NCBI GenBank assembly: GCA_963706445.1
Contig: OY970160.1
Coordinates: 96,001-160,000 of the forward strand
Origin: an uncultured Nitrososphaerales archaeon
Lineage (GTDB): Archaea; Thermoproteota; Nitrososphaeria; Nitrososphaerales; Gagatemarchaeaceae
Direction of reading: 5' to 3'
DNA: 64,000 nucleotides
Within the stretch, counting starts at the first letter, position 1, and every line of letters begins with the position of its first letter. This document shows, one piece after another, positions 29,122-37,933 of this stretch. The translations under genes and the position numbers were made by a program. Below the pieces are notes generated by a model. That model saw only the letters and a list, made by a program, of their open reading frames with translations, was not told the origin of the DNA and ran no database searches.

Positions 29122-29440
29122 GTCAGACGCGTCCCGGCCGTAGTCCTCCTCCTGTTCTAGACGGGATTCCGCTTAGCGGCCTACCCTGGCCTTCTGCAGG
29201 CGTTTCATCGGCCACGTTTGGCCTTGCTCCGCGCGGGTCAGCCGTTTCATCCCGGTCCCCACCGACCTCAAGGTCGCCCCATCATCGCCCGCGATGGGCC
29301 GGGTATCGTTTCTGTTCTGGAGCCGACCATCTCTGGTCGCGCCTCCTGGCGCCGCGCGTCCTGCTGTGAGGGAGGAACTTCCCCAGGAGATCCCCGTGGC
29401 CCGTCCACCGGCTCGCGTCGAGGGGCTCGACTCGTCTGAC
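29122..29440 (-). ncRNA. rnpB: RNase P RNA
   Basis: minus strand GGGGAAGUUCCUCCC, AACAGAAAC, GAUGAAACGGC..GGAGCAAGGCCAAA, AACAGGAGGAGGACUA (P4 partner); 5' end 29420-29440 uncertain. Confidence 0.9.
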
Positions 29441-29498
29441 CGTTTAACCGTTTCCCGAAGGACTGACTTATCTAACGCGGCCAAGTCTTCTTGGGAGC

Positions 29499-29798
29499 AT
29501 GAATACCGCCGAGGTGAAGCTTCCTTCAGCGGCCGACCTCCGATCGGTTGAGGGTCTCGTCCAGAAGACATGTACGGCGAGGGGACTAGAGATGGCGATG
29601 AAGACCAGCCTCAAGAGCTACCCTGGGTCGGCCCATTGGCATTTCAGGAAAGGGAATCAGCCGGGGACCATAGAAATCATATTCTGGAAAGACGGGAGGC
29701 GCCTCTGGATCGCAGTCCATTCAAACCGCGCCGGGTCTTGGACAGCCGAGGAGATGCGCGGGCTGAAGTCTGAACTGCAAGAGAAACTGGGCCGCTAG
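29499..29798 (+). CDS. hypothetical protein
   Basis: 99-aa ORF, LKSYPGSAHWH..GTIEI.FW. Confidence 0.6.
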   Translation: MNTAEVKLPSAADLRSVEGLVQKTCTARGLEMAMKTSLKSYPGSAHWHFRKGNQPGTIEIIFWKDGRRLWIAVHSNRAGSWTAEEMRGLKSELQEKLGR

Positions 29799-30313
29799 CG
29801 CTGGGTCTCGAAGAACTGAGGGAAGTACTCCCTCTGGGCCTGGAGGACCTTCCCTTCTGTCCGAGCCCTCCGGTACGCCTCAAGTGGCTCCTGGTTCAAA
29901 GTAAGGAAGGTCGGCCCCCACTTGTAGATATTGAGATAGTTCGTGGCCTCCTCCACATCCCCCAGGATGTACATTGTCGCCGCCACAGCCTCCAGGGAGC
30001 TGAGCACCCCTGCCCGCGAGTAATTGGTGGGGTTGGCCGCAAGGAGTATCGGGAGCCTCCTGTGCTTCCCTCCGAGCCTCCGGAAGAACACCTCCTGTGC
30101 CTGGTTCCAAGAGCAGTCCACCGCCAGGACGCTCTTCGCCCCTCTGTCGGGAGGAGAGAGCACCCGGTGCGCCCAGGGGTTGAGCACAATTACTTTGTCC
30201 GAGGCATGGAACTTCCTGCTTACCCCCTTGGCCAGATCCATGTGGATCATCTTCCTGGCGGTGCACTTCGTGGGGTCGTCCTGGCCCATCTCCATGGCGA
30301 AGACTCCTAGCAA
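29795..30313 (-). CDS. tsr3: rRNA aminocarboxypropyltransferase Tsr3 (DUF367)
   Basis: DPTKCTARK, DCSW, LLAANPTNY, KWGPTFL.LN. Confidence 0.93.
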   Translation of the reverse strand: MLGVFAMEMGQDDPTKCTARKMIHMDLAKGVSRKFHASDKVIVLNPWAHRVLSPPDRGAKSVLAVDCSWNQAQEVFFRRLGGKHRRLPILLAANPTNYSRAGVLSSLEAVAATMYILGDVEEATNYLNIYKWGPTFLTLNQEPLEAYRRARTEGKVLQAQREYFPQFFETQR

Positions 30314-30446
30314 GATTGTTCAGTTTGGAGCCCTTCGGGCCCCCCTTATGGTGGTGTCGGTCGTCTCATCTTCGATGACGAGTCCGCGGAAAACAAGGGG
30401 CAATAGTTATTACCAAATGGTTCCTAAGGATGGTAATAGAGGGTGA

Positions 30447-30689
30447 TTGGTGACCATGCCGCAAGCCTTCGTACTGATCAACGCTGACCTTGGGGCTGAG
30501 GAAGATCTCCTCAAGAAGCTGAGGGAGATTGCCAATGTCAAGGAAGTCTACGTCGTCTACGGAGTCTACGACATAGTCGCTCGAGTAGAGGCAGATACCA
30601 TGGAGAAGGTCAAGGAGACAATCACCTGGCACATCCGCCGCCTCGACAAGGTGAGGAGCACCCTCACCATGATCGTCGTCGAAGCGTAA
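30447..30689 (+). CDS. stand-alone Lrp/AsnC ligand-binding domain protein
   Basis: AFVLIN, VYGVYDIVA, IRRLDKVRSTLTMIV. Confidence 0.9.
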   Translation: MVTMPQAFVLINADLGAEEDLLKKLREIANVKEVYVVYGVYDIVARVEADTMEKVKETITWHIRRLDKVRSTLTMIVVEA

Positions 30690-30740
30690 CCCGACTTCAT
30701 CTTCCCACGTTAAAATAATCCAATCGCCCTGGTCGTTTTC

Positions 30741-31937
30741 ATGCGCTGCCTCGTAGGCATCGACGACACTGACTCGTCCCGCGGCTACTGCACCACCTAC
30801 CTCGCCTACCGCATCGCATGCGACCTATCCCCCGACTTGCGGGTCCTCCCCTATCCAAGGCTAGTGAGGCTCAACCCCAACGTCCCTTTCAAGACTAGAG
30901 GGAACGCCGCCGTGTGTCTGAAGATAGACACCGACGACCCCGATGCCACGTTCAGGAAGATCTCGAAGAAGGTGTCGGATCTCTCTGACGTGGAAGGAGG
31001 GGCCAACTCAGGGGTAGTCTTCCTCGACGACGCTGCCCTTGCCCCAAAGTTCGAATCGCTTTACCTCGATGCGCTCACCGGGATGGTCAGCCCACACAGA
31101 GCCCGGCGGCTAGTGAAGGAAACGGGGGCCAGGTCCATGGAGCTCGGCAACGGCATGGGGATCGTGGGGGCTGCAAGCTCCCTCGGATTCAGTGAAAAGT
31201 TCGACCACACCTACGAGATGATCGGCTACAGGCGGAAAGACTCCTGGGGGCATCAGAGGATCATCGACAGTCAATCAGTGAAGGCCATGGACGCCGCCAC
31301 CTTCCCTCACACCTTCAACAATTACGACTACCAGAAGAGGAAGGTGCTGATCGCGCCACACGGCCCCGACCCCGTGTTCGCGGGGGTCAGGGGGGACTCT
31401 CCAAGGCGGGTGATGGACGCCTTCAGCAATCTGGCCTACGAAGAGGAGCTCCTGGGCTCGATGGTCTACATCACCAACCAGCACACCGACGCGCATCTGC
31501 AGGGCGAGGTGGACTGGAAGGTCTACTCGTCGGGATGGTTGGACGGGGTCGTCGAAGAAGTAGAAGTCGGCCCTGGCGGGCACGTCTACATCACAATGAG
31601 AGCGGGCAAGAAGACGCATTCCGCCGCCGTCTACGAGCCCACGGGGGACCTGAAGCGGGTAGCAAGGAACTTAGTCCCCGGCGACTTCATCAGGTTATTC
31701 GGAGGCGTGAGACGGGCCACGAGCCTGCACCCAAAGGTGCTCAACGTGGAGAAGATGAAGGTGGTCTGGGTCCGCAGCGGGAGCCCGTTGCGCAAGGGAG
31801 TCTACGTCTCGTCCCCCAGGGCAAACAGGCACCTCACCAAGCCACTCATCAGATACAGCTGGGAGGATTTTCGCCCCGCGGAAACCGTGGAAGGCTGGCT
31901 CGAATTCGCGCCTAGACAGCGGCCAGTGCCCGCTTGA
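30741..31937 (+). CDS. tiaS: tRNA(Ile2) agmatinylcytidine synthase
   Basis: GIDDTDS..GYCTTY, LVRLNPNVPFKTRGN, TNQHTDAH, YEPTG, RHLTKP. Confidence 0.93.
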   Translation: MRCLVGIDDTDSSRGYCTTYLAYRIACDLSPDLRVLPYPRLVRLNPNVPFKTRGNAAVCLKIDTDDPDATFRKISKKVSDLSDVEGGANSGVVFLDDAALAPKFESLYLDALTGMVSPHRARRLVKETGARSMELGNGMGIVGAASSLGFSEKFDHTYEMIGYRRKDSWGHQRIIDSQSVKAMDAATFPHTFNNYDYQKRKVLIAPHGPDPVFAGVRGDSPRRVMDAFSNLAYEEELLGSMVYITNQHTDAHLQGEVDWKVYSSGWLDGVVEEVEVGPGGHVYITMRAGKKTHSAAVYEPTGDLKRVARNLVPGDFIRLFGGVRRATSLHPKVLNVEKMKVVWVRSGSPLRKGVYVSSPRANRHLTKPLIRYSWEDFRPAETVEGWLEFAPRQRPVPA

Positions 31938-33078
31938 AGTCGTCGACGAGGTCCTCTTCGTCCTCTATCCCTGCCGACACCCTGACGAGGCTCCCCGGGA
32001 TGCCCGTCTCCGCCTGCTCCTTCGCGGACATCTGAGTGTGTGTCATGTTGAAGGGCTGGGACACCAGGGTCTCCACCCCCCCAAGGCTGGCTGCTAGGCT
32101 CGCCACCTTGACCGACTCTGTGAATTTCATGGCATCCGCGGTGGTCCCGTTGATCTCGAAGCTGAGCATCCCGCCGAACCCCTTCATCTGCCTCTTCGCG
32201 AGGGCGTGCTGAGGGTGGGTCTTCAGCCCCGGATAGTGTACCGCTTTCACCTTCCTGTGGGCCGAGAGGAACTCGGCCAGGGCCATGGCGTTTGCGTTCT
32301 GCTGTCTCACCCGGATGGCCATGGTCTTCATTCCCCTGAGGATGAGCCAGGCGGGTATCGGGTCGAGGGTCCCCCCAAACTCTCTCCTTGACATCTTGAT
32401 CTTGTGGGCCCGCTCCTTGCTGGCGATCGCCGCCCCTGCGATGAGGTCCGCATGCCCGTTAATGTACTTGGTCATGCTGTGCAACACAACGTCCGCCCCG
32501 AGGTCGAGTGGGTTCTGGTTGATGGGGGAGGCGAATGTGTTGTCCACCATCAGCACCGCCCCCTGGGAATGGGCGAGCCTCGCCGCCCTTGTTATGTCGA
32601 CAAGTTTCAGAGTCGGATTGGTGGGGCTCTCGACATAGACGATGCTGGTGTTCTTCTTGATCCCCCGCTCCAGAGCAGCGGAGTCCTCTGTCTGGACTAG
32701 GTCTGTGGCGAACCCCAGGCCAGGGAGCAGCTCGTGGAGCAGTGCGAAGGTCCCGCCGTACAGGTCCCTTATTCCGAGTACGTGGGCGCCTTTCTTGAGA
32801 AAGCAGAAGACCGATGTCGAGATGGCCGCCATGCCCGAAGAGAAGGCAGCCCCATCTCCGCCGTGCTCGAAGGCCGCGAGCTTCTTCTCGAGCCTGACGA
32901 CTGTTGGGTTGTCCCACCTCGAGTACGTGTATCCCTTCTTCCCGGCGATCGCTTTCGGGACGTCTTCAGCGTGCGTGAACCCGAAGGTCGAGGTTTCGTA
33001 GATCGGAGTGATCAGGGAGCCGGTCACTTTGTCGTAGGGTTCGGCCTCGTGGACCGACTTGGTGGAGTCGCGGACCAA
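31912..33078 (-). CDS. PLP-dependent transsulfuration enzyme (cystathionine gamma-synthase/methionine gamma-lyase family)
   Basis: YSRWDNPT, SSGMAA, ESPTNP, DNTFASP, HSMTKYINGH; start moved to TTG 33078. Confidence 0.92.
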   Translation of the reverse strand: MVRDSTKSVHEAEPYDKVTGSLITPIYETSTFGFTHAEDVPKAIAGKKGYTYSRWDNPTVVRLEKKLAAFEHGGDGAAFSSGMAAISTSVFCFLKKGAHVLGIRDLYGGTFALLHELLPGLGFATDLVQTEDSAALERGIKKNTSIVYVESPTNPTLKLVDITRAARLAHSQGAVLMVDNTFASPINQNPLDLGADVVLHSMTKYINGHADLIAGAAIASKERAHKIKMSRREFGGTLDPIPAWLILRGMKTMAIRVRQQNANAMALAEFLSAHRKVKAVHYPGLKTHPQHALAKRQMKGFGGMLSFEINGTTADAMKFTESVKVASLAASLGGVETLVSQPFNMTHTQMSAKEQAETGIPGSLVRVSAGIEDEEDLVDDFKRALAAV

Positions 33079-33158
33079 CAGCAGGCTGAGCCAAAGGCCG
33101 CAATAAAATAGGTAGCGCATCCCGGACTGTTCATAAGCGGCCGGAGCGATTCTACAGC

Positions 33159-34025
33159 GTGGACGAATGGGGGTTGCTGGGCGCTCCGATCTACACCCTC
33201 GCCAGCTACAAGGGGATGGGGGAGTCTCCGAGGGCGCTCAGGAAGCAGGGGATAGCCAGAGCCCTGTCTGTTCAATCTGACCTCGGTGACGTCGAGCTCT
33301 CTCCCTTGACGAAGGACGTCGTAGAAGGGAGGACGAAAAACCTGACAGCGTTCAGAGAGTCTACGAAGATGATCCATGCCGCTGCGAGGTCGGTCGCGGT
33401 CGAGAGGATCGTCGTACTTGGAGGCGAGTGCTCCGAGACTCTGGGAGCAATGGCGGGGCTTGCGGAGGCCTTCGGCGGCAAGCCGGGCATGCTATGGATG
33501 GACGCCCACGGTGACTTCAACACACCCGAGACCTCCCCCTCGGGGTACATCGGGGGGATGTGCCTTGCCCTCGCTTGCGGAAAGGACCACACACTCGATT
33601 TAGAGTTGGGCGACTCTCCGCCGCCATTGGCTGACGAACGCCTAGTTCATGTGGGGTCGAGGGCCCTGGACCCACCCGAGGTCGCCGCCTTCAATGCCTC
33701 GCCTGCCAAGTTGTACACCGCTCAGCAGGTGAAGAAGAGCGGGGCCGCCGATGTCGCCGAGGAAGCCGCAAGGCATCTCGAGAACAGGTCGGACTGGATC
33801 GCATGCCACCTGGACGTCGACGTCGTCGACCCAAAATTCGTTACATCGGTGAACTACCCAACCGCCGACGGGCTGACCCCCGATGAGGCGTCCATGATGA
33901 TTCGCAAGCTCGCAGGCACGCAGAAACTCAAGGTGTTGGAAGTAACCGCCTACAACGCGGCGAAGGACAGCGGCGGGTCTTCGGCCAAGGTGGTCATCGA
34001 ACTTCTGAAGTCCGCACTTGGATGA
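33159..34025 (+). CDS. arginase family protein
   Basis: GGECS, DAHGDFNTPETSPSG, HLDVDVVDP. Confidence 0.88.
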   Translation: MDEWGLLGAPIYTLASYKGMGESPRALRKQGIARALSVQSDLGDVELSPLTKDVVEGRTKNLTAFRESTKMIHAAARSVAVERIVVLGGECSETLGAMAGLAEAFGGKPGMLWMDAHGDFNTPETSPSGYIGGMCLALACGKDHTLDLELGDSPPPLADERLVHVGSRALDPPEVAAFNASPAKLYTAQQVKKSGAADVAEEAARHLENRSDWIACHLDVDVVDPKFVTSVNYPTADGLTPDEASMMIRKLAGTQKLKVLEVTAYNAAKDSGGSSAKVVIELLKSALG

Positions 34026-34041
34026 TCCGTTCACTCTCAAA

Positions 34042-34056
34042 AGTAGCGAGGGGTGG
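34042..34056. repeat. direct repeat of tRNA-iMet 3' end (partner at 34545-34559)
   Basis: AGTAGCGAGGGGTGG vs AGTAGCGAGGGGAGG, 14/15 identical, flanking the LAGLIDADG gene. Confidence 0.7.
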
Positions 34057-34078
34057 TTAAATATGTAAACCGCCTTGA

Positions 34079-34549
34079 TTGTTGTTGGCAACCCGGGAAG
34101 CTTGGCTCGCAGGTCTCATCGACGGCGAAGGTTGCTTTACTCTAAGTATTTCCGTACAGCACAAGCATTCCTTGCACATTTCTCCACGCTTTATCATATC
34201 AATGAGAGAGGGTGCTTGGGCCAAGGAGGTTGGAGAAATCCTCGAACTCCATCGGATCCCATTTCACGCTAGGAGGAGAAGAAACCAGATCGAAATAGTG
34301 GTTAGCAGCGGAGTCGCCGTAAGAAGATTGATTCAGTACTTACTGCCATATCTAGTCGTCAAGAAACCTCTTGCGGAGAGACTAAACGCGTTTCCAAAGG
34401 CCCCAGCAAGAAATCGATTCACATGGGTCGACGGTTCCTACTTGGACAGCATCTGCGACCTAGTAGACTATGTCAGAGAGTTCAACAAAGGAAAAAACAG
34501 GAAGCACAAGTGGGATGGAGCAGCCATCAGAAGGTTCTTCCATGAGTAG
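34079..34549 (+). CDS. free-standing single-motif LAGLIDADG homing endonuclease
   Basis: WLAGLIDGEGCFTLSI, PRFIISM, PYLVVKK; TTAAATA TATA upstream; AT-richer than neighbours. Confidence 0.88.
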   Translation: MLLATREAWLAGLIDGEGCFTLSISVQHKHSLHISPRFIISMREGAWAKEVGEILELHRIPFHARRRRNQIEIVVSSGVAVRRLIQYLLPYLVVKKPLAERLNAFPKAPARNRFTWVDGSYLDSICDLVDYVREFNKGKNRKHKWDGAAIRRFFHE

Positions 34550-34676
34550 CGAGGGGAGGACTTTCAGGAGAATTCTCTCCTTTTGAACCTCCGCTCTGCG
34601 GGTCTCTCGGCTTTCGCTTATGAGCCCGCCGGGATGATCCTTACCCCCACGGGGGGTCTGGCTTCCCCACCTCGCT
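34547..34676 (-). tRNA. initiator tRNA-Met(CAT) with three introns
   Basis: A1-U72 acceptor AGCGAGG/CCTCGCT, GGG/CCC anticodon stem; removing 18-, 15- and 21-nt inserts gives a 76-nt cloverleaf. Confidence 0.9.
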
Positions 34677-34720
34677 ACGATGAAGCCGGTAATGAAGCGC
34701 CCTTAAATCTTGCCCGCGAA

Positions 34721-34834
34721 TTATGTGGAAACCGGATAGGGCATGCAGGCCGCCCTGTAGTATCTGCAGCAGGTGCACTTCGAGCAGCTCTCGTAGTCCT
34801 TGTGCTTGCACACCCTGCAGATGCAGGACGCCAT
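34721..34834 (-). CDS. 37-aa Cys-rich metallothionein-like microprotein (not in ORF track)
   Basis: MASCICRVCKHKDYESCSKCTCCRYYRAACMPYPVST; ATG overlaps upstream TAA. Confidence 0.65.
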   Translation of the reverse strand: MASCICRVCKHKDYESCSKCTCCRYYRAACMPYPVST

Positions 34835-35400
34835 TATTTCGCGGCCTTCGATTCAGATTCTTTAATCTTCTCGAAGATGAGTTTCTCCGGGTCCTCTCCG
34901 AGTTCCTCCGCGATTCCCCCTTTCAACGCGAGAAGCCTCCCCACGTCGTGCGCCTTGGCTGTGAACCTGTTGACCTCCTCCCCGAAGGGCCTCACCCTGT
35001 CGGCGTCGACCATCTTGTCGGCGAAGCAGACAATCCTCTCTTCCAGGGTTCGGGGGATGTAATCGAAGTCGGGGAGCCCCAGCTTCTTCGCCTCGTCGGG
35101 GGATATCCCCGCCCCGACGTGCCTCCGGACGATTTCGACCACCTTGCTGTCGACCCCTTCGTTCTCGAGGATCTCTGCTCCCTCCGCCCCATGTCTGACC
35201 GTCTGGATCCGCGACCTCCCTATGTCGTGCAGCAATGCCGCCGCGATTACGGCCCTGGTGTCGACAGGGTGACCCCGGCGGGCGAACTCGTCTGCTATGA
35301 GCTTGGCCGCCATGGCGACCGCCTGGCAGTGCCTGACGATGTAGACCCCCGACCCGTACTTGGCATGAATCGACATGGCCTCCCCTTCGGAGGGGATCAC
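34834..35400 (-). CDS. HD domain protein (TIGR00295-like)
   Basis: HC.AV, LLHDIGRS, HGAEGAEIL, RHVGAGI, IVCFADK; GTG start overlapping tfe stop. Confidence 0.88.
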   Translation of the reverse strand: MIPSEGEAMSIHAKYGSGVYIVRHCQAVAMAAKLIADEFARRGHPVDTRAVIAAALLHDIGRSRIQTVRHGAEGAEILENEGVDSKVVEIVRRHVGAGISPDEAKKLGLPDFDYIPRTLEERIVCFADKMVDADRVRPFGEEVNRFTAKAHDVGRLLALKGGIAEELGEDPEKLIFEKIKESESKAAK

Positions 35401-35906
35401 TTGGCCAGTTCCTCTTCCAACTGTTTGATCTTCCAGCGGAGCGCGTCCTTCAGCTCGGCGTTGTCCAGTCGGTTCAGAGCTTTGCCGCAGGTCGGACACT
35501 TGAAGAAGTTCTCCATGGCGTCCTCGAAGGTCCTGGTGAGGCAGGTCGGGGTCCCGCAGTGGTAGAACTCGTGCATGTCCTCGAAGTCGAGCCTCTGTTT
35601 CAGCCTGTTGAGGACCTTCCTCCTCTGGGTCTGGATGAAACCATCAGTCTGGTCTCTCTGGGCCTTCCACCTATAGACGAACCACCCTCTCTTGGGGTCC
35701 CTGACCCTCACTCCGGTGATCAGGCTCCGACCAAAGAGGTCGTAGAGGGACTTCCTGACCGTCTTGATCTTCAGCCCCGTCGCCGAGGCAATCTCCTCGT
35801 CGGTTGCGTTCTCGTTGTTGAGTAGCGCCCTAGCCACGCGTACGTAGTCCGGGCCGCCGATGAGCCCTGCTACCTTTACAAAAGTGTCTTCGTACTCGAT
35901 TTTCAA
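35397..35906 (-). CDS. tfe: transcription factor E (TFIIE alpha)
   Basis: TDEEIA..TGL....VRK.LY.L, GWFVYRW, Zn ribbon FKCPTCG. Confidence 0.93.
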   Translation of the reverse strand: MKIEYEDTFVKVAGLIGGPDYVRVARALLNNENATDEEIASATGLKIKTVRKSLYDLFGRSLITGVRVRDPKRGWFVYRWKAQRDQTDGFIQTQRRKVLNRLKQRLDFEDMHEFYHCGTPTCLTRTFEDAMENFFKCPTCGKALNRLDNAELKDALRWKIKQLEEELAK

Positions 35907-36430
35907 TTTTCTACAACTCTCTTGCCCCGGGCGGTCGGCAAGATTCTAAGCTTACTTTTTTGAAACGTCCTCTTAAGCTCTTCCCCGCTCTGAATCTCAT
36001 GTAGGGCGATTGCCAAGGCCGCGACCTCCGAGTGGGGCTGAGAAGTAATGGCGACGTTGTAATCCGCCTCATGGTAGACCTTCCCTGGAACCTTCGGGCC
36101 GCCTATTACGATGAGGATCTTGTCCAGCTCTCTAAGCTGGGTGACGACCTCCTGAATCGGGAGCCCGTACATCGTCAGGTGGACTACGCTCCTACCTTCT
36201 TTCTTGGCCTCTTGGATTTTCTTGCGCCACGACCCCCCCAATACTACCTTGAAATCACCCCCCCACGTCTTGTTTACCCCATCCACGGTCGCGATCACAT
36301 CCTTCTCAGCATCTTCGAGGCAGATACTCTCTGCTCCCAGGGCCCTTGAGACAAGGCACAAGTGGGTCAGTGTCCTGTCGTCCCTGACGTATCTCTGGCC
36401 GAGTCTCAGGACGACTATGCTCAAAGCCAA
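35903..36430 (-). CDS. trm56: tRNA (cytidine56-2'-O)-methyltransferase
   Basis: RDDR..TH..LVSRALGA, HLTMYG, KVP, QPHSEVAALA. Confidence 0.92.
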   Translation of the reverse strand: MALSIVVLRLGQRYVRDDRTLTHLCLVSRALGAESICLEDAEKDVIATVDGVNKTWGGDFKVVLGGSWRKKIQEAKKEGRSVVHLTMYGLPIQEVVTQLRELDKILIVIGGPKVPGKVYHEADYNVAITSQPHSEVAALAIALHEIQSGEELKRTFQKSKLRILPTARGKRVVEN

Positions 36431-36475
36431 GGGACAGTGGGCTGTCTCGACGAGTAGATGAAGGGCGCGGGGCTT

Positions 36476-36964
36476 CTAGAACCCGACTACGGAACCTACC
36501 ATCGTGGCAAGTACGATAAGCAGGAGGACGACTCCCAGAATTGAACCTTGCCTAGCCCGCATACCGTACTTCATCATCTCGGGGGGAGGGGGACCCTGGG
36601 TCTTCGAATTCATCATTTCCTGGGCGATTCTGATCACCTTCTTGAATGAGGGCACGGTCAGGGCAAAGACAATTGCGGTTGTCACCAATGCCAGCCCTAT
36701 GCCTGCATACAGCGTGCTGGTCGCGCCGGCTGTCCCCTCGTAGGCGAAGAGCAGGACCCCGAAAAGCAAGGTGCTGACTATCATCATCTGGACGAACCTC
36801 AATATCTTCGGCAACACCTTGGCGGTGAACTCGATGTTCGCGGTGGGGGAAAGGCCCCTCGCTGCCGGAGCGAGTACGAAAGTCGTGAGGATTCCCCCTC
36901 CGAGCCAACTCATCGCCGAGATTATGTGGGCGTAGAAGAGGACCGCGAGTACGACGTCAGCCAT
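36476..36964 (-). CDS. four-TM membrane protein
   Basis: HIISAMSWLGG first helix, four hydrophobic segments. Confidence 0.7.
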   Translation of the reverse strand: MADVVLAVLFYAHIISAMSWLGGGILTTFVLAPAARGLSPTANIEFTAKVLPKILRFVQMMIVSTLLFGVLLFAYEGTAGATSTLYAGIGLALVTTAIVFALTVPSFKKVIRIAQEMMNSKTQGPPPPEMMKYGMRARQGSILGVVLLLIVLATMVGSVVGF

Positions 36965-37048
36965 GCCTTGACCAACGATGAATTATTACTTAAACAATCA
37001 AATCCAAGCCTTCACCAGCATCGTTTATCGGCCGGACCGCAGGCATGT

Positions 37049-37519
37049 GTGGGGTTGGACTCGGGTGACCATCGGCGGTTGTCTCTCATGGTCGACTATC
37101 TCTTCGGGAAGGGTGTCAGCAGGGCCTTGCCGAAAGACGGGTACAGGCTCTTCTACTCCCGCCGCTCAGGGAGGGTGAAGCTGATCCATCACGACGGGAA
37201 GGTCTTTGCGACCATAAAGCCCAACGGAGCCATGGCCCTCTCCGTCTACGGCGCGACCATCCTCGCCAAGAGTCCGAATTTCAAAGAGAACTGCGTCCAG
37301 ATTTCAGACGACGTCAAAGAGTTCGTGAAAGGGGGCAAGTCCGTCTTCTGCAAGTTCGTCAAGCGAGCAGGGAAGAACATCTATCCGAAGAGCGAGGTCG
37401 CCATCATCGACAGCAGAGGGAGGGTCCTCGGGGTCGGAATGGCTGTCGTCAATGGATCGGCCATGCGACAATTTAAGACGGGGGCCGCGGTGAAGGTAAG
37501 AGCAGGCCTCAAGAAATGA
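37049..37519 (+). CDS. PUA-domain RNA-binding protein (TGT C-terminal-like)
   Basis: DYLFG, GKSVFCKFV, EV..ID...LGVG.A, GAAVKVR; start approximate. Confidence 0.85.
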   Translation: MGLDSGDHRRLSLMVDYLFGKGVSRALPKDGYRLFYSRRSGRVKLIHHDGKVFATIKPNGAMALSVYGATILAKSPNFKENCVQISDDVKEFVKGGKSVFCKFVKRAGKNIYPKSEVAIIDSRGRVLGVGMAVVNGSAMRQFKTGAAVKVRAGLKK

Positions 37520-37848
37520 AGATGGACAATAGGAACACCAGAAGGATGATGGATCGGATGGGGATCAACCTGAAGGAGATACCCAACGTCCAGGAGGTCG
37601 TGATCAAGACCACTGACAAGGAGATGCACATCACTAACGCCTCGGTCTCTGAAGTGAACGCCCAGGGGCAGAGGGTCTTCCAGGTCATGGGCGAGGTGGA
37701 GGAGGTCGAGGTCGAGAAGAAGACCTTCAGCGAAGAGGACATACTCCTGGTCCAGCAGCAGACGGGCGTTTCGAAGGAGCGGGCGGCCAAGGCGCTAGAG
37801 GAGTCAGACGGTGAGGTCGCCAGGGCCATACTGAAGTTGACCTCCTAA
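37516..37848 (+). CDS. nac: nascent polypeptide-associated complex protein
   Basis: MMDRMGI, VVIKT, EDILLV.QQTGVS...A..AL....G..ARAIL.L. Confidence 0.93.
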   Translation: MKMDNRNTRRMMDRMGINLKEIPNVQEVVIKTTDKEMHITNASVSEVNAQGQRVFQVMGEVEEVEVEKKTFSEEDILLVQQQTGVSKERAAKALEESDGEVARAILKLTS

Positions 37849-37933
37849 CTTCACGTCCCGTCAACTGCACAGACACACATTCCTTCGGCTAACGTTTAAT
37901 TACGGAAATCCGAGGCAGACGAAAATATCTCAA

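Noticed and set aside
29173-29571. Short ORFs in the track
   Set aside because: They overlap the RNase P RNA gene and have no recognisable motifs.
30408-30438. Inverted repeat TATTACCA...TGGTAATA before the Lrp-domain gene
   Set aside because: A single 8-bp pair overlapping the promoter; too weak to call an operator without comparative data.
34583-35565. Plus-strand ORFs of 159 and 280 aa
   Set aside because: Antisense shadows of tRNA-iMet, the Cys microprotein, the HD gene and tfe.
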